Shown: positions 12,550 to 25,150 of the stretch, piece by piece
Layout: every line of letters begins with the position of its first letter
Numbering within the stretch: the first letter of the stretch is position 1
Source: Eledone cirrhosa
Lineage: Eukaryota
NCBI GenBank assembly: GCA_964016885.1
Contig: OZ024744.1
Coordinates: forward strand, 10,478,001-10,542,000
Length of the DNA stretch: 64,000 bases
Direction: 5' to 3'
Notes under the pieces: generated by a model
Told to the model about the DNA's origin: nothing
What the model saw: the letters and a program-made list of their open reading frames with translations, nothing else
Databases searched by the model: none
Program-made: the position numbers and the translations under genes

Positions 12550-15500
12550 CAATATGTTGTGTTGTTATTCTCCAATATGTTGTGCTGTTGTACTCCAATG
12601 TGTTATGTTGTTATACTCCAATATGTTGTGCTGTGATACTCCAATATGTTGTGTTGTTGTACTCCAATCTGTTGTGTTGTTATACTCCAATATGTTGTGT
12701 TGTTTTACTCCAATATGTTTTGTTGTTGTACTCCAATATGTTGTGTTGTTGTACTCCAATATGTTGTGTTGTTGTAATCCAATATCTTGTGTTGTTGTAA
12801 TCCAATAACTTGTGTTGTTATACTCCAATATGTTGTGTTGTTGTACTCCAATATGTTGTGTTGTTGTTCTCCAATATGTCGTGTTGTTATACTCCAATAT
12901 GTTGTGTTATGATACTCCAATATGTTGTGCTGTTGTACTCCAATATGTTGTGTTGTTATACTCCAATATGTAGTTTTGTTATACTCCAATATGTTTTGTT
13001 GTTGTACTCCAATCTGTTGTGTTGTTATACTCCAATATGTTGTGTTGTTATACTCCAATATGTTGTGTTGTTTTACTCCAATATGTTGTGTTGTTGTACT
13101 CCAATATGTTGTGTTGTTGTACTCCAATATATCATGTTGTCGTACTCCAATATGTCATGTTATACTCCAATATGTCGTTGTTATACTCCAATATGTCATG
13201 ATGTTGTACTCTAATATGTCGTGTTCTTGTACTCCAATATGTCGTGTTGTCGTACTCCAATATGTTGTGTTGTTATACTCCAATATGTTGTGTTGTTGTA
13301 CTCCAATATGTTGTGCTGTTGTACTCCAATATTTCGTGTTGTTGTACTCCAATACATCGTGTTGTACTCCAATATGTTGTGTTGTTGTTGTACTCCAATA
13401 TGTTTTGATGTTGTACTCCAATATGTTGTGTTGTTGTACTCCAATATGTTGTGTAGTCATACTCCAATACGTTGTGTTGTTGTACTCCAATATGATGTGA
13501 TGTTGTACTCCAATATGATGTGCTGTTGTACTCCAATGCGTTGTGTTGTTGTACTCCAATGTGTTGTGTTGTTATACTCCAATATGTTGTGTTGTTATAC
13601 TCCAATATGTTGTGCTGTTGTACTCCAAATCTCGTGTTGTTATACTCCAATGTGTTGTGTTGTTATACTCCAATATGGTGTGTTGTTGTACTCCAATATG
13701 TTGTATTGTTTTTCTCCAATATGCCATTTTATACTCCAATATGTTGTGTTCGTGTACTCCAATATGTTGTGTTCGTGTACTCCAATATGTTGTGTTATTG
13801 TACTCCAATATGTTGCGTTGTTGTACTCCAATATGTTGTGTTGTTGTACTCCTATATGTTGTCTTGTTGTACTCCAAAAGGTCATATTATTGTACTCCAA
13901 TATGTATTGTTATACTCCAATATGTCGTGTGTCTGTACTCCAATATGTCATTTTGTTGTACTCCAATATGTCTTGTTATAGTCCAATATGTCGTGTTGTT
14001 GTACTCCAATATGTCATGTAGTTGTACTCCAATATTTCGTGTTGTTGTACCCCAATATGTCGTGTTGTTTATACTCCAATATGTTTTGCTGTTGTACTCC
14101 AATATGTTGCGTTGCTATACTCCAATATGTTGTGTTTTTGTACTCCAATATGTTGTGTTGTTGTAATCCAATATCTTGTGTTGTTATACTCCAATATGTT
14201 GTGTTGTTATACTCCAATATGTTGTGTTGTGATACTCCAATATGTTGTGCTGTTGTACTCCAATATGTTGAGTTGTTATACTCCAATATGTAGTGTTGTT
14301 ATACTCCAATATGTTGTGTTGTTGTACTCCAATCTGTTGTGTTATACTCCAATATGTTGTGTTGTTATACTCCAATATGTTGTGTTGTTATACTCCAATA
14401 TGTTGTGTTGTTGTACTCCAATATGTTGTATTGTTGATCTCCAATAAGTTGTGTTCTTGTACTCCAATATATTGTGTTGTTGTACTCCAATATGTTGTGT
14501 TTTTGTAATCCAATATGTAATGTTGTTGTACTCCAATATGTCTTGTTATATTCCAATATGTCGTGTTGTTGTACTCCAATATGTCATGTTGTTGTACTCC
14601 AATATTTCTTGTTGTTGTACCCCAATATGTCGTGTTGATTATACTCCAATTTTTGTTGCTGTTGTACTCCAATATGTTGTGTTGTTGTACTCCAATATGT
14701 TGTGTTGTTGTACTCCAATATGTTGTGTTGTTATTCTCCAATATGTTGTGCTGTTGTACTCCAATGTGTTATGTTGTTATACTCCAATATGTTGTGCTGT
14801 GATACTCCAATATGTTGTGTTGTTGTACTCCAATCTGTTGTGTTGTTATACTCCAATATGTTGTGTTGTTATACTCCAATATGTTATGTTGTTTTACTCC
14901 AATATGTTGTGTTGTTGTACTCCAATATGTTGTGTTGTTGTACTCCAATATGTTGTGTTGTTGTAATCCAATATGTTGTGTTGTTATACTCCAATATGTT
15001 GTGTTGTTGTTCTCCAATATGTTGTGTTGTTATACTGCAATATGTTGTGTTGTTATTCTCCAATATGTTGTGCTGTTGTACTCCAATGTGTTATGTTGTT
15101 ATACTCCAATATGTTGTGCTGTGATACTCCAATATGTTGTGTTGTTGTACTCCAATCTGTTGTGTTGTTATACTCCAATATGTTGTGTTGTTATACTCCA
15201 ATATGTTGTGTTGTTTTACTCCAATATGTTTTGTTGTTGTACTCCAATATGTTGTGTTGTTGTACTCCAATATGTTGTGTTGTTGTAATCCAATATCTTG
15301 TGTTGTTGTAATCCAATAACTTGTGTTGTTATACTCCAATATGTTGTGTTGTTGTACTCCAATATGTTGTGTTGTTGTTCTCCAATATGTCGTGTTGTTA
15401 TACTCCAATATGTTGTGTTATGATACTCCAATATGTTGTGCTGTTGTACTCCAATATGTTGTGTTGTTATACTCCAATATGTAGTTTTGTTATACTCCAA

Positions 15501-17575
15501 TATGTTTTGTTGTTGTACTCCAATCTGTTGTGTTGTTATACTCCAATATGTTGTGTTGTTATACTCCAATATGTTGTGTTGTTTTACTCCAATATGTTGT
15601 TGTTGTACTCCAATATGTTGTGTTGTTGTACTCCAATATATCATGTTGTCGTACTCCAATATGTCATGTTATACTCCAATATGTCGTTGTTATACTCCAA
15701 TATGTCATGATGTTGTACTCTAATATGTCGTGTTCTTGTACTCCAATATGTCGTGTTGTCGTACTCCAATATGTTGTGTTGTTGTACTCCAATATGTTGT
15801 GTTGTTGTACTCCAATATGTTGTGTTGTTATACTCCAATATGTTGTGCTGTTGTACTCCAATATTTCGTGTTGTTGTACTCCAATACATCGTGTTGTATT
15901 CCAATATGTTGTGTTGTTGTTGTACTCCAATATGTTTTGATGTTGTACTCCAATATGTTGTGTTGTTGTACTCCAATATGTTGTGTAGTCATACTCCAAT
16001 ACGTTGTGTTGTTGTACTCCAATATGATGTGATGTTGTACTCCAATATGATGTGCTGTTGTACTCCAATGCGTTGTGTTGTTGTACTCCAATGTGTTGTG
16101 TTGTTATACTCCAATATGTTGTGTTGTTATACTCCAATATGTTGTGCTGTTGTACTCCAAATCTCGTGTTGTTATACTCCAATGTGTTGTGTTGTTATAC
16201 TCCAATATGGTGTGTTGTTGTACTCCAATATGTTGTATTGTTTTTCTCCAATATGCCATTTTATACTCCAATATGTTCTGTTCGTGTACTCCAATATGTT
16301 GTGTTCGTGTACTCCAATATGTTGTGTTATTGTACTCCAATATGTTGCGTTGTTGTACTCCAATATGTTGTGTTGTTGTACTCCTATATGTTGTCTTGTT
16401 GTACTCCAAAAGGTCATATTATTGTACTCCAATATGTATTGTTATACTCCAATATGTCGTGTGTCTGTACTCCAATATGTCATTTTGTTGTACTCCAATA
16501 TGTCTTGTTATAGTCCAATATGTCGTGTTGTTGTACTCCAATATGTCATGTAGTTGTACTCCAATATTTCGTGTTGTTGTACCCCAATATGTCGTGTTGT
16601 TTATACTCCAATATGTTTTGCTGTTGTACTCCAATATGTTGCGTTGCTATACTCCAATATGTTGTGTTTTTGTACTCCAATATGTTGTGTTGTTGTAATC
16701 CAATATCTTGTGTTGTTATACTCCAATATGTTGTGTTGTTATACTCCAATATGTTGTGTTGTGATACTCCAATATGTTGTGCTGTTGTACTCCAATATGT
16801 TGAGTTGTTATACTCCAATATGTAGTGTTGTTATACTCCAATATGTTGTGTTGTTGTACACCAATCTGTTGTGTTATACTCCAATATGTTGTGTTGTTAT
16901 ACTCCAATATGTTGTGTTGTTATACTCCAATATGTTGTGTTGTTGTACTCCAATATGTTGTATTGTTGATCTCCAATAAGTTGTGTTCTTGTACTCCAAT
17001 ATATTGTGTTGTTGTACTCCAATATGTTGTGTTTTTGTAATCCAATATGTAATGTTGTTGTACTCCAATATGTCTTGTTATATTCCAATATGTCGTGTTG
17101 TTGTACTCCAATATGTCATGTTGTTGTACTCCAATATTTCTTGTTGTTGTACCCCAATATGTCGTGTTGATTATACTCCAATTTTTGTTGCTGTTGTACT
17201 CCAATATGTTGTGTTGTTGTACTCCAATATGTTGTGTTGTTGTACTCCAATATGTTGTGTTGTTATTCTCCAATATGTTGTGCTGTTGTACTCCAATGTG
17301 TTATGTTGTTATACTCCAATATGTTGTGCTGTGATACTCCAATATGTTGTGTTGTTGTACTCCAATCTGTTGTGTTGTTATACTCCAATATGTTGTGTTG
17401 TTATACTCCAATATGTTATGTTGTTTTACTCCAATATGTTGTGTTGTTGTACTCCAATATGTTGTGTTGTTGTACTCCAATATGTTGTGTTGTTGTAATC
17501 CAATATGTTGTGTTGTTATACTCCAATATGTTGTGTTGTTGTTCTCCAATATGTTGTGTTGTTATACTGCAATAT
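12550..17575 (+). repeat. Tandem duplication of an about 2.5-kb higher-order unit (about 110 monomers): copy 1 about 12,550-15,045, copy 2 about 15,045-17,575
   Basis: ORF pairs 13988..14293/16520..16825 and 14451..14966/16983..17498 are identical at offset 2,532. The 5' part shows offsets of 2,488-2,511 because of monomer indels. Confidence 0.92.
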
Positions 17576-20500
17576 GTAGTGTTGTTATACTCCAATATGT
17601 TGTGTTGTTGTACTCCAATCTGTTGTGTTGTTATACTCCAATATGTTGTGTTGTTATACTCCAATATGTAGTGTTGTTATACTCCAATATGTTGTGTTGT
17701 TGTACTCCAATCTGTTGTGTTGTTATACTCCAATATGTTGTGTTGTTATACTCCAATATGTTGTGTTGTTTTACTCCAATATGTTGTGTTGCTGTACTCC
17801 AATATGTTGTGTTGTTGTACTCCAATATGTTGTGCTGCTGTACTCCAATATATTGTGTTATACTCCAATATGTTGTGTTGTTGTACTCCAATATGTTGTG
17901 TTGTTGTAATCCAAAATGTTGTGTTGTTATACTCCAATATGTTGTGTTGTAATACTCCAATATGTTGTGCTCCAATATGTTGTGTTATACTCCAATGTGT
18001 TGTGTTCTTGTACTCCAATATGAAGTGTTGTAATACTCCAATATGTAGTGCTGTTGTTATACTCCAATATGTTGTGTTATAATCCAATGTGTTGTGTTGT
18101 TGTACTCCAATCTGTTGTGTTGTTATACTCCAATCTGTTGTGTTGTTATACTGCAATATGTTGTGTTGTTATACTCCAATATGTTGTGTTGTTATACTCC
18201 AAGATGTTGTGCTGTGATACTCTAATATGTTGTGTTTTTGTACTCCAATATGTTGTGTTGTTGTACTCCAATATGTTGTGTTGTTGTAATCCAATATCTT
18301 GTGCTGTTATACTCCAATATGTTGTGTTGTTGTACTCCAATATGTTGTGTTGTTATACTCCAATATGTTGTGTTGTGATACTCCAAAGTGTTGTGCTGTT
18401 GTACTCCAATATGTTGTGTTGTTTTACTCCAATAGGTTGCGTTGTTGTACTCCAATCTGTTGTGTTGTTATACTCCAATATGTTGTGTTGTTATACTCCA
18501 ATATGGTGTGTTGTTTTACTCCAATATGTTGTGTTGTTGCAATCCAATATGTTTGTGTTGTTTTACTCCAATATGTTGTGTTGTTATCCTCAAATATGTT
18601 GTGTTGTTGTACTCCAATATGGTGTGTTGTTGTACTCCAATATGTTGTGTTGTTGTACTCCAATATGTTGTGTTGTTATACTCCAATATGTTGTGTTGGT
18701 GTACTCCAATATGTTGTGTTGTTGTACTCCAATATGTTGTGTTGTTGTACTCCAATATGTGATGTTGTTGTACTCCAATATGTCATGGTGTTGTACTTCA
18801 ATATGTCGTATTGTTGTACTCCAATATGTTGTGTTGTTGTTCTCCAATATGTCGTGTTGTTATACTCCAATATGTTATGATGTTGGACTCCAATATATTG
18901 TGTTGTTGTACTCCAATATGTTGTGTTTTTGTAATCCAATATGTAATGTTGTTGTACTCCAATATGTCTTGTTATAGTCCAATATGTCGTGTTGTTGTAC
19001 TCCAATATGTCATGTTGTTGTACTCCAATATTTCGTGTTGTTGTACCCCAATATGTCGTGTTGATTATACTCCAATTTTTGTTGCTGTTGTACTCCAATA
19101 TGTTGTGTTGTTGTACTCCAATCTGTTGTGTTGTTATTCTCCAATATGTTGTGCTGTTGTACTCCAATGTGTTATGTTGTTATACTCCAATATGTTGTGC
19201 TGTGATACTCCAATATGTTGTGTTGTTGTACTCCAATCTGTTGTGTTGTTATACTCCAATATGTTGTGTTGTTATACTCCAATATGTTGTGTTGTTTTAC
19301 TCCAATATGTTGTGTTGTTGTACTCCAATATGTTGTGTTGTTGTACTCCAATATGTTGTGTTGTTGTAATCCAATATCTTGTGTTGTTATACTCCAATAT
19401 GTTGTGTTGTTGTACTCCAATATGTTGTGTTGTTGTTCTCCAATATGTCGTGTTGTTATACTCCAATATGTTGTGTTATGATACTCCAATATGTTGTGCT
19501 GTTGTACTCCAATATTTTGTGTTGTTATACTCCAATATGTAGTGTTGTTATACTCCAATATGTTGTGATGTTGTACTCCAATCTGTTGTGTTGTTATACT
19601 CCAATATGTTGTGTTGTTATACTCCAATATGTTGTGTTGTTATACTCCAGTATGTTGTGTTGTTGTACTCCAATATGTTGTGATGTTGCACTCCAAAATG
19701 TTGTGTTGTTGTACTCCAATATGTTGTGTTGTTGTACTCCAATACGTTGTGTTGTTGTACTCCAATATTTTGTACTGTTATACTCCAATATGTTGTGTTG
19801 TTATACTCCAAAAAGTTGTGTTGTTTTACTCCAATATGTTGTGTTGTTATACTCCAGTATGTTGTGTTGTTGTACTCCAATATGTTGTGTTGTTGTACTC
19901 CAATATGTCATGTTATACTCCAATATGTCATGTTGTTTTACTCCAATATGTTGTGTTGTTGCACTCCAATATGTCGTGTTGTTGTACTCCAATATGTTGT
20001 GTTTTGTACTCCAATATGTTGTGTTATTGTACTCCAATATGTTGTGTTGTTATACTCCAATATGCTGTGCTGTTGTACTCCAATATGTTATGTTGTACTC
20101 CAATATGTTGTGTTGTTGTACTCCAATATATCATGTTGTCGTACTCCAATATGTCATGTTATACTCCAATATGTCGTTGTTATACTCCAATATGTCATGT
20201 TGTTGTACTCCAATATGCCGCGCTGTTGTACTCCAATATGTTTTGAAGTTGTACTCCAATATGTTGTGTTGTTGTACTCCAATATGTTGTGTTGTTGTAC
20301 CCCAATATGTTGTGTTGTTATACTCCAATATGTTGTGCTGTTGTACTCCAATATGTCAGGTTGTTGTACTCCGATATTTCGTGTTGTTCTACTCCAATAT
20401 TTCGTGTTGTTTTACTCCAATATGTCGTGGTGTTGTACTCCAATATGTTTTGATGTTGTACTCCAATATGTCGTGTTGTTGTACTCCAATATGTTGTGTT

Positions 20501-23500
20501 GTTGAACTCCAATATGCTGTGTTGTTATACTCCTAAATGTTGTGTTGTTGTACTCCAATATGTTGTGTTGTACTTCAATATGTTGTGTTGTTACACTCCA
20601 CAATTTTGTGTTGTTGTACTCCAAAATGTGATGTTGTTGTACTCCAATATGTCGTATTGTTGTACTCCAATATGTTGTGATGTTATACTCCAATATTTCG
20701 TGTTGTTTTACTCCAATATGTCGTGTTGTCGTACTCCAATATATTGTGTTGTTGTACTCCAATATGTTGTGTTGTTGTACTCCAATATGTTGTGTTGTTA
20801 TACTCCAATATGTTGTGTTGTTATACTCCAAAAAGTTGTGTTGTTTTCCTCCAATATGTTGTGCTGTTATACTCCAGTATGTTGTGTTGTTGTACTCCAA
20901 TATTTTGTGATGTTGTACTCCAATATGTTGTGTTGTTGTACTCCAATATGTTGTGTTGTTGTACTCCAATACGTTGTGTTGTTGTACTCCAATATTTTGT
21001 GCTGTTATACTCCAATATATTGTGTTGTTATACTCCAAAAAGTTGTGTTGTTTTACTCCAATATGTTGTGTTGTTATACTCCAGTATGTTGTGTTGTTGT
21101 ACTCCAATATGTTGTGTTGTTGTACTCCAATATGTCATGTTATACTCCAATATGTCATCTTGTTTTACTCCAATATGTTGTGTTGTTGCACTCCAATATG
21201 TCGTGTTGTTGTACTCCAATATGTTGTGTTGTTGTACTCCAATATGTTGTGTTGTTATTCTCCAATATGTTGTGCTGTTGTACTCCAATGTGTTATGTTG
21301 TTATACTCCAATATGTTGTGCTGTGATACTCCAATATGTTGTGTTGTTGTACTCCAATCTGTTGTGTTGTTATACTCCAATATGTTGTGTTGTTATACTC
21401 CAATATGTTATGTTGTTTTACTCCAATATGTTGTGTTGTTGTACTCCAATATGTTGTGTTGTTGTACTCCAATATGTTGTGTTGTTGTAATCCAATATGT
21501 TGTGTTGTTATACTCCAATATGTTGTGTTGTTGTTCTCCAATATGTTGTGTTGTTATACTGCAATATGTAGTGTTGTTATACTCCAATATGTTGTGTTGT
21601 TGTACTCCAATCTGTTGTGTTGTTATACTCCAATATGTTGTGTTGTTATACTCCAATATGTAGTGTTGTTATACTCCAATATGTTGTGTTGTTGTACTCC
21701 AATCTGTTGTGTTGTTATACTCCAATATGTTGTGTTGTTATACTCCAATATGTTGTGTTGTTTTACTCCAATATGTTGTGTTGCTGTACTCCAATATGTT
21801 GTGTTGTTGTACTCCAATATGTTGTGCTGCTGTACTCCAATATATTGTGTTATACTCCAATATGTTGTGTTGTTGTACTCCAATATGTTGTGTTGTTGTA
21901 ATCCAAAATGTTGTGTTGTTATACTCCAATATGTTGTGTTGTAATACTCCAATATGTTGTGCTCCAATATGTTGTGTTATACTCCAATGTGTTGTGTTCT
22001 TGTACTCCAATATGAAGTGTTGTAATACTCCAATATGTAGTGCTGTTGTTATACTCCAATATGTTGTGTTATAATCCAATGTGTTGTGTTGTTGTACTCC
22101 AATCTGTTGTGTTGTTATACTCCAATCTGTTGTGTTGTTATACTGCAATATGTTGTGTTGTTATACTCCAATATGTTGTGTTGTTATACTCCAAGATGTT
22201 GTGCTGTGATACTCTAATATGTTGTGTTTTTGTACTCCAATATGTTGTGTTGTTGTACTCCAATATGTTGTGTTGTTGTAATCCAATATCTTGTGCTGTT
22301 ATACTCCAATATGTTGTGTTGTTGTACTCCAATATGTTGTGTTGTTATACTCCAATATGTTGTGTTGTGATACTCCAAAGTGTTGTGCTGTTGTACTCCA
22401 ATATGTTGTGTTGTTTTACTCCAATAGGTTGCGTTGTTGTACTCCAATCTGTTGTGTTGTTATACTCCAATATGTTGTGTTGTTATACTCCAATATGGTG
22501 TGTTGTTTTACTCCAATATGTTGTGTTGTTGCAATCCAATATGTTTGTGTTGTTTTACTCCAATATGTTGTGTTGTTATCCTCAAATATGTTGTGTTGTT
22601 GTACTCCAATATGGTGTGTTGTTGTACTCCAATATGTTGTGTTGTTGTACTCCAATATGTTGTGTTGTTATACTCCAATATGTTGTGTTGGTGTACTCCA
22701 ATATGTTGTGTTGTTGTACTCCAATATGTTGTGTTGTTGTACTCCAATATGTGATGTTGTTGTACTCCAATATGTCATGGTGTTGTACTTCAATATGTCG
22801 TATTGTTGTACTCCAATATGTTGTGTTGTTGTTCTCCAATATGTCGTGTTGTTATACTCCAATATGTTATGATGTTGGACTCCAATATATTGTGTTGTTG
22901 TACTCCAATATGTTGTGTTTTTGTAATCCAATATGTAATGTTGTTGTACTCCAATATGTCTTGTTATAGTCCAATATGTCGTGTTGTTGTACTCCAATAT
23001 GTCATGTTGTTGTACTCCAATATTTCGTGTTGTTGTACCCCAATATGTCGTGTTGATTATACTCCAATTTTTGTTGCTGTTGTACTCCAATATGTTGTGT
23101 TGTTGTACTCCAATCTGTTGTGTTGTTATTCTCCAATATGTTGTGCTGTTGTACTCCAATGTGTTATGTTGTTATACTCCAATATGTTGTGCTGTGATAC
23201 TCCAATATGTTGTGTTGTTGTACTCCAATCTGTTGTGTTGTTATACTCCAATATGTTGTGTTGTTATACTCCAATATGTTGTGTTGTTTTACTCCAATAT
23301 GTTGTGTTGTTGTACTCCAATATGTTGTGTTGTTGTACTCCAATATGTTGTGTTGTTGTAATCCAATATCTTGTGTTGTTATACTCCAATATGTTGTGTT
23401 GTTGTACTCCAATATGTTGTGTTGTTGTTCTCCAATATGTCGTGTTGTTATACTCCAATATGTTGTGTTATGATACTCCAATATGTTGTGCTGTTGTACT

Positions 23501-25150
23501 CCAATATTTTGTGTTGTTATACTCCAATATGTAGTGTTGTTATACTCCAATATGTTGTGATGTTGTACTCCAATCTGTTGTGTTGTTATACTCCAATATG
23601 TTGTGTTGTTATACTCCAATATGTTGTGTTGTTATACTCCAGTATGTTGTGTTGTTGTACTCCAATATGTTGTGATGTTGCACTCCAAAATGTTGTGTTG
23701 TTGTACTCCAATATGTTGTGTTGTTGTACTCCAATACGTTGTGTTGTTGTACTCCAATATTTTGTACTGTTATACTCCAATATGTTGTGTTGTTATACTC
23801 CAAAAAGTTGTGTTGTTTTACTCCAATATGTTGTGTTGTTATACTCCAGTATGTTGTGTTGTTGTACTCCAATATGTTGTGTTGTTGTACTCCAATATGT
23901 CATGTTATACTCCAATATGTCATGTTGTTTTACTCCAATATGTTGTGTTGTTGCACTCCAATATGTCGTGTTGTTGTACTCCAATATGTTGTGTTTTGTA
24001 CTCCAATATGTTGTGTTATTGTACTCCAATATGTTGTGTTGTTATACTCCAATATGCTGTGCTGTTGTACTCCAATATGTTATGTTGTACTCCAATATGT
24101 TGTGTTGTTGTACTCCAATATATCATGTTGTCGTACTCCAATATGTCATGTTATACTCCAATATGTCGTTGTTATACTCCAATATGTCATGTTGTTGTAC
24201 TCCAATATGCCGCGCTGTTGTACTCCAATATGTTTTGAAGTTGTACTCCAATATGTTGTGTTGTTGTACTCCAATATGTTGTGTTGTTGTACCCCAATAT
24301 GTTGTGTTGTTATACTCCAATATGTTGTGCTGTTGTACTCCAATATGTCAGGTTGTTGTACTCCGATATTTCGTGTTGTTCTACTCCAATATTTCGTGTT
24401 GTTTTACTCCAATATGTCGTGGTGTTGTACTCCAATATGTTTTGATGTTGTACTCCAATATGTCGTGTTGTTGTACTCCAATATGTTGTGTTGTTGAACT
24501 CCAATATGCTGTGTTGTTATACTCCTAAATGTTGTGTTGTTGTACTCCAATATGTTGTGTTGTACTTCAATATGTTGTGTTGTTACACTCCACAATTTTG
24601 TGTTGTTGTACTCCAAAATGTGATGTTGTTGTACTCCAATATGTCGTATTGTTGTACTCCAATATATTGTGTTGTTGTACTCCAATATGTTGTGTTGTTG
24701 TACTCCAATATGTTGTGTTGTTATACTCCAATATGTTGTGTTGTTATACTCCAAAAAGTTGTGTTGTTTTCCTCCAATATGTTGTGCTGTTATACTCCAG
24801 TATGTTGTGTTGTTGTACTCCAATATTTTGTGATGTTGTACTCCAATATGTTGTGTTGTTGTACTCCAATATGTTGTGTTGTTGTACTCCAATACGTTGT
24901 GTTGTTGTACTCCAATATTTTGTGCTGTTATACTCCAATATATTGTGTTGTTATACTCCAAAAAGTTGTGTTGTTTTACTCCAATATGTTGTGTTGTTAT
25001 ACTCCAGTATGTTGTGTTGTTGTACTCCAATATGTTGTGTTGTTGTACTCCAATATGTCATGTTATACTCCAATATGTCATCTTGTTTTACTCCAATATG
25101 TTGTGTTGTTGCACTCCAATATGTCGTGTTGTTGTACTCCAATATGTTGT
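17210..25150 (+). repeat. Tandem duplication of an about 3,992-bp higher-order unit: copy 1 about 17,210-21,200, copy 2 about 21,200-25,150
   Basis: ORFs 18048..18977/22040..22969, 18811..19542/22803..23534 and 19379..20536/23371..24528 are identical at offset 3,992. The offset becomes 3,923 (minus 69 bp, 3 monomers) after about 24,660. Confidence 0.95.
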
